In this document: positions 25,441 to 32,000 of the stretch, one piece after another | Numbering within the stretch: the stretch's first letter is position 1 | Layout of the letters: the number at the start of each line of letters is the position of its first letter | NCBI RefSeq assembly: GCF_001457595.1 | Contig: NZ_LN831039.1 | Location: 360,001-392,000, forward strand | Source: Mycolicibacterium smegmatis | GTDB lineage: Bacteria; Actinomycetota; Actinomycetes; Mycobacteriales; Mycobacteriaceae | Direction: 5' to 3' | DNA length: 32,000 nucleotides | Translations under genes and position numbers: made by a program | The notes under the pieces: model-generated | The model's input: the letters and a program-made list of their open reading frames with translations, nothing else | Databases searched by the model: none | What the model was told of the DNA's origin: nothing

Positions 25441-26529
25441 TCAGACCGCCACGCCCTCGATGAGGCTGTAGGGGCATGCCGTGGGCACCACGCGGGTCAG
25501 GCGGAAGCCGGCCTCGGTGTAGAGCTTGCGGTACTGCGCCTCGGTGCGCTCGCGCGCCGCGTTGCCGATGAGCATCTCCATGTCCACCCACTTGAGCGGG
25601 AACGCGCGGTCGTGGTCGGGGATGACGCCCTCGACGAGCAGCAAGGTGGCGCCCGTGCGCGCCGCGGCCCGCACGTTGCGCAGGATCTCCGTGGCCGGCG
25701 CATCGGCCCAGTCGTGGATGATGTTCTTCATCACGTACAGGTCGGCGCCGTCGGGCACCTCGTCGAAGAACGATCCGGGGACCACCTGCACACGGTCGGC
25801 CACGCCGTGCCGCGCGAGCATCTCCGGGGCCCCCTCGACCACGTTGGGCAGGTCGTAGAGCACGCCCTTGGCCTGCGGTGCGGATCCCAGGATCGCCGAC
25901 AGCAGACGGCCGTGGCCGCCGCCCACGTCGGCGATGGTGCCGAACCGCGTGAAGTCGTAGGCCGCGATCAGCGGCGTGATCGCCAGCTCGGACATGCTGG
26001 TCATGGCGTCGTTGAAGATCGTGCCCAGCTCGGGCTGGGACGCGATGTAGTCGAATGGCTCCATGCCGCGCAGCGTGCGGATCGCGGACTCGCCCGTCCG
26101 CACCGCGTCGGCGAGGTGGCTCCAGTGTTCGCGGTGCTGCGCCGCGCCCACGAACTTGGCCATCCCCGCCATCGACACCTGTGCATCGGTGCGCAGCGTG
26201 TCGCCCAGCGGGTTGAGGGCGTAGCGGCCGTCGCGGGTACGGCGGAAAACCCCTTCGCCGACCAGAGCGCGCATCAGGCGATCGAGCGCGTCGGCGTCGG
26301 CGCCGACCCGCCGCGCGAGCTCGTCGGCGCGCAGCGGACCGCCGGACAGCGCGTCGGCCACGCCGAGCTGCGCGGCCGCGGTGATTCCCTGCGCCAGCCA
26401 CGCGCCGAGGAGCAGCTCGAGCATCGCGGCCTCGGGCGGGACGCTGCGCAGCCACAGCCTGCGCACGTGGTGGCGGGCACGCTCGACGGCTCGGACCAGG
26501 CGGGCCGGCGGCACCTTTGCGGAAGTCAC
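25441..26529 (-). CDS. class I SAM-dependent O-methyltransferase (Methyltransf_2 type with N-terminal dimerisation/wHTH domain)
   Basis: Track ORF is 25441..26793. The SAM-binding motif is IADVGGGHGRLL, followed by VLYDLP, GSFFDEVPDGADLYVMKNIIHDW and LLLVEGVIPD. Start placed at GTG (complement of 26527-26529; VTSAKVPPARL...), 362 aa. TACAGT (complement of 26536-26541) lies exactly 6 nt upstream. The longer track ORF would run through the jetA promoter and start. Confidence 0.8.
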   Translation of the reverse strand: MTSAKVPPARLVRAVERARHHVRRLWLRSVPPEAAMLELLLGAWLAQGITAAAQLGVADALSGGPLRADELARRVGADADALDRLMRALVGEGVFRRTRDGRYALNPLGDTLRTDAQVSMAGMAKFVGAAQHREHWSHLADAVRTGESAIRTLRGMEPFDYIASQPELGTIFNDAMTSMSELAITPLIAAYDFTRFGTIADVGGGHGRLLSAILGSAPQAKGVLYDLPNVVEGAPEMLARHGVADRVQVVPGSFFDEVPDGADLYVMKNIIHDWADAPATEILRNVRAAARTGATLLLVEGVIPDHDRAFPLKWVDMEMLIGNAARERTEAQYRKLYTEAGFRLTRVVPTACPYSLIEGVAV

Positions 26530-26674
26530 GGCTGAACTGTAAAGCAGATGACTGAGGTGTACGTCACTTACGCATCCCCTGCGCGCCGGGCCCACCCCAG
26601 CTGGCGCCGGGACACGTCCGCCGTGGCGCCTAGAGTAGGGCCGATGCATACGCTGCGGATCGGAGGGAAGCGAC

Positions 26675-28141
26675 ATGCCCGACGCTGATGTCGGTCGTCC
26701 GTCGTTGCAGCGGCTCCACGAGCTCAACCGTGAGGTGGCCGAGTCGCGGTCGGTGCGGCTGCTCGTGGCCAACAACCTGGCCGGATACCTCACGCTGATG
26801 GAACGTCACCTCGATCGCGGGACCAAGCTCACCGAGCCCGAACTCGTCGCCCGGCTCGAGCGCGATCTGGCCGATCTGGGCGCCGACGGCGAGCAGTCGG
26901 GGCTGGCGCTCATCAAGTACTGGGCGAGCCAGGGCTGGCTGCACCGCATCACCGAACAGGCCGGCGACGGTGAGCGCAACGTCTGCTACCTGACCTACGA
27001 GGCCCGCGCGGTCCTCGACTTTGCCCGCCGGATGCGCCGCGAGGACACCATCGCCACCGGCGGCTCGATCGCGGGCATCGCGGCGGGTCTGCGCAGGGTG
27101 GCCGGTCAGGTCAGCAACGACCCCGAGCGCATCCGCGCCGACATCGAGGCCGAGATCGACCGTCTGCGCGCCGAACTCGACGCGCTCGACGAGGGACGCC
27201 GCCCCGAGCCCGACCCGCTGGACGTCGAGGACGAGGCGCGTGCGATCGCACTGCAGATGGAACAGATCATCTCCGACATCGGGCAGTACGGCGCGATGCT
27301 GAACCGCATCACCACACGCCTGCTCGACGCGTCGGCCGACAGCGACGTCGGCTACCGCGAACGCCAGCGGCAGCTGTTCGACGACTACGAATCGCTGTTC
27401 GCGTCGCGCGAGAGCGCGTCGTACACCGCGTTCACGCGCATGATCCAGGATCCCGAGCAGCGCGCCGCGCTGGTGGCCGACATCGAGCTGGTGACCAGCC
27501 AGCTGCCGCAGCTCGACCCGAGCCTGCGCGAGGTGATGTCCGGGTTCTTCACGCTGGTGTCGGCGCAGACCGCCGAGGTTGGCCGCACCCGTCAGCGGTG
27601 TGCACGCCGCATCAAGCGCTTCGTGGCGTCGGGCACGCTGGAGGAGAGCCGTGGCGTCACCCGCCAGCTCAACGATGCCCTTGCGGCCGCCAACGCCCTG
27701 CTGAGCGTGTCCCTGGCCGACAGCCGCGTCGGGTTCGAGGTCCCTCTGGCGCGTGCCGACTTCAACTCGATCGGCGCGGTGGCGTTCAAGATCCGCGACG
27801 CGGTGCCGCCCACGCCCGCGCAGCCGTCCGAGGGCGAGGTGAATCTGTCGGCGTTCGGCGCGCTCGCCGCGCAGGTCGACGCCACCGAACTCGCCGAACT
27901 CGTCAACGACACCGTCGTGTCGCGGCCGCTGCCGCTCAACGAGGCCATCGGCATGCTCGACTCGGCGTATCTCGGCCACGTCATCGTGCTGTGGTCGTGG
28001 GCCCTCAAGCAGCCTGCCGTCGGCAACGCCGAGTCGGTGCGGGTGCGGTTCCGTTCTCTGGAAGGCCCCGACCGCGAAATCGAAGTGCCGAAACTGGTTT
28101 TCACCGAACCGATCCCGATCGTCAGCGAGAGTTTGTTATGA
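26675..28141 (+). CDS. jetA: Wadjet JetA / EptA (DUF3375, MksF-like kleisin subunit)
   Basis: The 488-aa ORF has a GGAGGG Shine-Dalgarno (26662-26667) 7 nt upstream of the ATG. It is helical, has no catalytic motifs, and has a central coiled segment ([21 protein letters not shown]). It is first in an overlapping three-gene set ending in an SMC-like ATPase. The family call is from size, order and sequence character, not an HMM. Confidence 0.8.
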   Translation: MPDADVGRPSLQRLHELNREVAESRSVRLLVANNLAGYLTLMERHLDRGTKLTEPELVARLERDLADLGADGEQSGLALIKYWASQGWLHRITEQAGDGERNVCYLTYEARAVLDFARRMRREDTIATGGSIAGIAAGLRRVAGQVSNDPERIRADIEAEIDRLRAELDALDEGRRPEPDPLDVEDEARAIALQMEQIISDIGQYGAMLNRITTRLLDASADSDVGYRERQRQLFDDYESLFASRESASYTAFTRMIQDPEQRAALVADIELVTSQLPQLDPSLREVMSGFFTLVSAQTAEVGRTRQRCARRIKRFVASGTLEESRGVTRQLNDALAAANALLSVSLADSRVGFEVPLARADFNSIGAVAFKIRDAVPPTPAQPSEGEVNLSAFGALAAQVDATELAELVNDTVVSRPLPLNEAIGMLDSAYLGHVIVLWSWALKQPAVGNAESVRVRFRSLEGPDREIEVPKLVFTEPIPIVSESLL

Positions 28142-28860
28142 GCGACACGTCCATCGACTTCGACGCGCTACCGAGCATCGACGCGGTCGAACGTTCCGCA
28201 CCGGAACGCCGCGCCCCGCGGTTCGACGGTGACGTCTCAGAGTTGCCCGACCGGGCGTGCTGGGCCCTGCAGCACCTGCTGTCGCGGCGCTACATCAGCA
28301 AGCACAACCACACCGAGCTGTGGTCGTGGGTCACCCGGTACCGCACCGAGCTCACGGTGCGGCTGTCCGAACTCGACCTGCGGCTCGTGGTGTCCGATGA
28401 CCACGAGATCGCCTACGTCGAGCAGGCCGAATACGAATCTCACTGGCGCCGTAAGCTGTTGCGCCGCGAGACACTCAACACCTACGACTCGATCCTGGCG
28501 CTGCACCTCGCCAAGCTCATGCGCAGCGCGAACCGCGACGAGAACGTGCTGATCACCCGCGAGGACATCCACGAGTTGTTCGCCGCCGTGAACAACGACA
28601 CCGACCGTGACGTCGCGTCGTTCGACCGGCGCATCGACAACGCGATCGAGCGGTTGACCGACATCGAGATCCTGGTCCGCAACCGCGAGGACGAGGACAG
28701 CTTCACGATCAGCCCTGTGATCAACGCGATCATGACCGCGTCGACGATCACCGAGCTGACCCAGCAGTTCGAACAACTCAGGCGCGCCGCGAGCGGCGAC
28801 CCGGATCCAGACCCCGACCCAGCCGCAGCCGAGGATGAAGTGGACGCCGATGGCATCTGA
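28138..28860 (+). CDS. jetB: Wadjet JetB / EptB (DUF4194, MksE-like KITE subunit)
   Basis: Track ORF 27598..28860 is trimmed to ATG 28138, which overlaps the jetA stop (ATGA at 28138-28141). This gives 240 aa: [13 protein letters not shown]...[46 protein letters not shown]... The C-terminal tail is acidic ([21 protein letters not shown]). The upstream 180 codons of the track ORF are R-rich and out of frame over jetA. Confidence 0.8.
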   Translation: MSDTSIDFDALPSIDAVERSAPERRAPRFDGDVSELPDRACWALQHLLSRRYISKHNHTELWSWVTRYRTELTVRLSELDLRLVVSDDHEIAYVEQAEYESHWRRKLLRRETLNTYDSILALHLAKLMRSANRDENVLITREDIHELFAAVNNDTDRDVASFDRRIDNAIERLTDIEILVRNREDEDSFTISPVINAIMTASTITELTQQFEQLRRAASGDPDPDPDPAAAEDEVDADGI

Positions 28861-31800
28861 ACCGACCAACCAGTTCTATCTGTCACGTCTGCAGGTCATC
28901 AACTGGGGCGTGTTCGACGGATATCACTCGATCCCGTTCAGCCCCGCGGGCACGCTGATCACCGGTTCGTCTGGGAGCGGCAAATCCTCTCTGCTGGACG
29001 CGATCTCGCTGGCGTTCCTACCGTCACACCGACGCAACTTCAACGCCTCGGGTGACACCACCGCGGCGGGTTCGGGCACCGGCAAGCGCACGGTCGACAA
29101 GTACGTGCGCGGCGCGTGGGGCGAACGCAGGGACGGCACCAGCCGTCAGATCATGTACCTGCGCGGCACCGGACCGGCCTGGTCGGCCGTGGCGGTCACC
29201 TACTCCGACCGCACCGGGCGTGCCGTGACCGGCCTTGTCCTCAAATGGCTTGCCGCCGAGAAGACCTCGGATCCAGGAAGTCGCTACTACCTCATCGACG
29301 ACGACCGCGACATCTTCGACCTGTGCAACCGGTGGGCTGCAGGCGGGTACGACGCCTCGGTGTTCCGCGAGGCGGGCTGGAACGGCGGCCGCAGCGAGAG
29401 TCAGTACCTGGCGCAGCTGTACTCGATCATCGGCATCCGGGCCTCCGAGGCGGCGCAGCAGCTGCTCGGAAAGGCCAAGTCGCTCAAGAGCGTCGGCGGT
29501 CTCGAGCAGTTCGTCCGCGAGTTCATGCTCGATGAGCCGGCGAGCCTCGCGGGCGTCGACGAGGCGCTCGAGCAGATCAACCCGCTCGTCGAGGCGCGCG
29601 GCATGCTCGACGTGGCGCGGCGCAAACGCAACACGCTCGGCAACATCGAGGCCGTGCAGGCGCGCTACGCCGACGAGGCCGCGAAGTTCGGTGTGATCGA
29701 CACGATCGACAACGCCATGGTGCGCGACTACGTCGACCAGTTGCGGCTGCAGCAGGCGGGCCCGGAGATCGAGAACCTCGACGACCAGATCAACCAGCTC
29801 GGGGCGCAGCGCGACGACTTCGGCGCGCAGCAACGCCAGCTCAAGAACGAGCACAACGCGTTGATGGCGCAGATCAACTCGGCCTCGGTCGATCTCGTGC
29901 CGCTGCAGCAGCGGCTCAGCGAGGCCGAGAAGCTCGCCGACGAGGTGGGCCGCAGGCGCGGGGCGTACGAGGACAAGGTCACCGCGCTGCAGCTCACACC
30001 GCCCGACACGGCCGAGGAGTTCTGGTCGTTGCGCGAGACCCTCATGGAGGAGGCCGACCGGCTGCACCGCGAGCTGTTCACCGGCAACCAGGCCTACGTC
30101 GAGGCGTCGGCGAAAGAGGTGCGTGCCCGCGAGGCGCGTGACGCCGTCCAGACCGAGCTGGAACGCGTGCGGCGCCTCGGCTCGTCGCTGCCCAAGACCG
30201 AGTACGAGATGCGGGCCCGCATCGCGCGGGCGATCGGCATCCCCGAGCGCGACCTGATGTACGTCGCCGAGCTCATGGAGCTCAAGCCCGATGAGAGCCG
30301 CTGGCGCATGGCGGTCGAGAAGGTGCTGCGCGGCGCCGGTCTGCGGCTGCTCGTTCCCGAGGCACACCTCGACGCGGCCCTGCGGTTCGTCAACGAGAAC
30401 GACATGCGCGGGCGCATCCAGTTGCAGCACGTCAAGCACGACGCCCAGTTGCGCACACCCCTCGAGGGGACGCTGGCGTCCAAGCTGCAGGTCGTCGACC
30501 CCACGCATGACAGCGCGGTCGAGGCGCTCAACGTCATCGCGTCGGTCGGCGACTACATGTGCGTCGACAGTCCCGACGAGTTCACGACACACACCCGTGC
30601 GGTCACCGACCAGGGCCTGCGCAAGGACAGCGGGCGGCTGTCGATCAAGGACGACCGGTCCAAGCTTCGTCCGTCCGACTACATCTTCGTCGGCGGCACG
30701 GAGGCGAAAGTGGCCGCGCTGCAGGCGGATCTGGCCGCGGCAGAGGATGTCTACGCGGCGGCCCGCAAGGCGCGCGAACGGCTCGACCAGCACCGCGCGG
30801 CGCTGCAGGCGCGTGAACGGGCCTGCCGGGCGCTGTGTGACCAGTACATGCAGTGGACCGACATCGACACCGACTCGGCAGACGAGGCACTGACCCGCCT
30901 GCAGGACGAACTCGATCTGCTGGTGTCCGACAACCCCGACGTCGAGAAACTGCAGCAGCGCGCCGACGAATGCTGGGGGCGCGTCGAGAAGGTCATCCAG
31001 CAGATCGGCTCGCTCAACGAACGCGAGACACTGCTCGACAACCGGCGCACCGCACTTCTCGAGCTCACCGAGCGGCTCAAGCCCGGCGAGATCTCGCAGC
31101 ATGCGCGCGACACCCTCGACGGGTACGCAGCAGACATCGCGCTACCGCTGGACCTGCTCGACTCCGAGCCGTTCCGCAACGAACTCGTGCGCGTCATCGG
31201 CCGCGAACGTGACCGGTTGCGTGCCGACCGCAACCGCAGCCACGACGAGCTCGCGGGCATCATGGCGGCCTACGACAGCTCGTTCCCCGACGCGATCCCC
31301 AACGACAGCGACGATTTCGACGAGCGCGTGCACGACTACGTGGCGCTGTGCCGGCGAATCGACGAGCGTGAACTGCCCGACGCCTACGAGCGCATGCAGC
31401 GGCTCATCACCGAACAGGCACCTGGCGCGATCCTCAACCTGCACATGATCGCCGACAACGAGGCGCGGCGGATCACCGAGCAGATCGCGCGCGTCAACAC
31501 CGGGCTCGGCGCGGTCGAGTTCAACCGCGGTACGCGGCTCACGCTGCACGCGGGCACGCGTCACCTCGCGGCCGTCGACGAGCTCAACGAGATGGCCCAG
31601 CGCATCTCGGCGCGGGTGTCACTCGTGAGCTTCGGCGACGAGACCGCGATGTTCGAGCAGTACACCGACATCCTGCAGCTGCGGAAACTGTTGGCGGGCA
31701 ATACGCCCGAGGACCGGCAGTGGACGCGCGACGCCCTCGACGTGCGCAACCGGTTCGTGCTGTACTGCGAGGAGCGAGACGCCGAGACCGGCGTGGTGAT

Positions 31801-32000
31801 CCGCACGTACAGCAATTCCGGGGACAACTCGGGCGGTGAGCAGGAGAAGCTCATGGCGTTCTGCCTGGCGGGCGCGCTGAGCTTCAACCTCGCCAGCCCT
31901 GGCAGCGCCGACACCAGGCCGATGTTCGCGCAGCTGATGCTCGACGAGGCGTTCTCGAAGTCCGATCCGCAGTTCGCGCAGCAGGCGCTGTCGGCGTTCC
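28850..32000 (+). CDS. jetC: Wadjet JetC / EptC (MksB-like SMC-family ATPase), 3' end beyond the window
   Basis: Absent from the ORF track because there is no stop in the window. ATG 28850 overlaps the jetB 3' end by 11 nt. The reading frame looks open for 1050 codons: segments at 28850-29530, ~30000, ~31080 and 31802-32000 were translated by hand, and the track lists no ORF in this frame. Walker A is GSSGSGKSS (28964-28990). About 950 residues rich in E/R/L/Q/A follow, forming coiled-coil arms. The ABC signature is SGGEQ (31829-31843) and Walker B is LMLDE (31934-31948). Confidence 0.9.
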   Translation, partial: MASEPTNQFYLSRLQVINWGVFDGYHSIPFSPAGTLITGSSGSGKSSLLDAISLAFLPSHRRNFNASGDTTAAGSGTGKRTVDKYVRGAWGERRDGTSRQIMYLRGTGPAWSAVAVTYSDRTGRAVTGLVLKWLAAEKTSDPGSRYYLIDDDRDIFDLCNRWAAGGYDASVFREAGWNGGRSESQYLAQLYSIIGIRASEAAQQLLGKAKSLKSVGGLEQFVREFMLDEPASLAGVDEALEQINPLVEARGMLDVARRKRNTLGNIEAVQARYADEAAKFGVIDTIDNAMVRDYVDQLRLQQAGPEIENLDDQINQLGAQRDDFGAQQRQLKNEHNALMAQINSASVDLVPLQQRLSEAEKLADEVGRRRGAYEDKVTALQLTPPDTAEEFWSLRETLMEEADRLHRELFTGNQAYVEASAKEVRAREARDAVQTELERVRRLGSSLPKTEYEMRARIARAIGIPERDLMYVAELMELKPDESRWRMAVEKVLRGAGLRLLVPEAHLDAALRFVNENDMRGRIQLQHVKHDAQLRTPLEGTLASKLQVVDPTHDSAVEALNVIASVGDYMCVDSPDEFTTHTRAVTDQGLRKDSGRLSIKDDRSKLRPSDYIFVGGTEAKVAALQADLAAAEDVYAAARKARERLDQHRAALQARERACRALCDQYMQWTDIDTDSADEALTRLQDELDLLVSDNPDVEKLQQRADECWGRVEKVIQQIGSLNERETLLDNRRTALLELTERLKPGEISQHARDTLDGYAADIALPLDLLDSEPFRNELVRVIGRERDRLRADRNRSHDELAGIMAAYDSSFPDAIPNDSDDFDERVHDYVALCRRIDERELPDAYERMQRLITEQAPGAILNLHMIADNEARRITEQIARVNTGLGAVEFNRGTRLTLHAGTRHLAAVDELNEMAQRISARVSLVSFGDETAMFEQYTDILQLRKLLAGNTPEDRQWTRDALDVRNRFVLYCEERDAETGVVIRTYSNSGDNSGGEQEKLMAFCLAGALSFNLASPGSADTRPMFAQLMLDEAFSKSDPQFAQQALSAF

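Noticed and set aside
26548-26688. A 46-codon upstream ORF overlapping the jetA start.
   Set aside because: It has no RBS or leaderless-type promoter geometry, its predicted peptide is basic and low-complexity, and it is probably a chance ORF. Ribosome profiling would be needed to revive it.
26530-26793. The N-terminal 88 codons of the O-methyltransferase track ORF (25441..26793).
   Set aside because: They would overlap the jetA start and promoter region. The extension is R/S/P-rich, and methyltransferases of this class are about 340-370 aa. GTG at 26529 has a leaderless-type -10 element.
27598-28137. The N-terminal 180 codons of track ORF 27598..28860.
   Set aside because: They lie out of frame within jetA and are Arg-rich. 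ATG 28138 overlaps the jetA stop (ATGA) and yields a typical ~240-aa DUF4194-size protein.
28801-28830. A short GAC-CCN periodicity (encoding DPDPDPDP) near the jetB 3' end, considered as a DNA repeat element.
   Set aside because: It lies within coding sequence and is explained as a low-complexity acidic peptide tail. It is too short and imperfect to be a repeat element.
29024-31102. 692-aa minus-strand ORF, plus several 80-200-aa plus-strand ORFs, across 29.0-31.5 kb.
   Set aside because: They are antisense or out of frame to jetC. Their composition is dominated by R/L/G/A/V/D runs typical of off-frame translation of high-GC DNA. The jetC frame carries all the ATPase motifs.
1-32000. A window-wide look for CRISPR arrays, tRNA/rRNA genes, transposases or IS inverted repeats, integrases, toxin-antitoxin pairs and restriction-modification genes. 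I also looked for a compositional shift marking the Wadjet region as a recent island.
   Set aside because: No spaced direct-repeat array, cloverleaf-like or rRNA-like sequence, DDE/integrase motif or methylase motif was recognised by eye. Base composition looks uniform, but I cannot compute GC or k-mer profiles here, so the absence of an island signature is not established.

Overview
This is a high-GC actinobacterial chromosome segment. Gene content and order match the mycobacterial Rv0226c-Rv0238 cell-envelope neighbourhood: a polytopic membrane protein, a DUF3068 LM/LAM-maturation protein, acyltransferase-3, php, R2lox, aftD, an Rv0236A-like mini-protein, lpqI and a TetR regulator. This fits a fast-growing Mycolicibacterium (M. 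smegmatis-like), which is inferred from remembered synteny, not from a database hit. Genes are densely packed on both strands, with no rRNA, tRNA, CRISPR array or transposase recognised.

Two real genes are missing from the supplied ORF track because they run off the window edges: zwf at the left, and a >1050-aa SMC-like ATPase at the right.

The stand-out feature is at 26.7-32.0 kb. It is a translationally coupled operon of a DUF3375-like protein, a DUF4194-like protein and a split-head SMC/ABC ATPase. This is the JetA-JetB-JetC core of a type I Wadjet (MksBEFG-like; EptABCD of M. smegmatis) anti-plasmid condensin system. The expected nuclease gene jetD lies beyond the window.

Immediately upstream (22.7-25.4 kb) is a less understood three-gene cassette: a small EspC-like helical protein, a WXG-type N-terminal domain fused to a DUF1023 alpha/beta hydrolase, and a stop/start-overlapping lipoprotein. 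It looks like a type VII secretion effector/partner/immunity module.

The 8.4-13.8 kb stretch (LAL-type LuxR regulator, VOC, mini-GNAT, MFS with a C-terminal soluble domain) appears to be accessory relative to M. tuberculosis synteny.

Smaller signals:
- tandem repeats in the zwf/ROK divergent promoter region
- a perfect 15-bp hairpin after the R2lox gene
- several TANNNT-plus-6-nt leaderless-type start configurations
- two intergenic inverted repeats
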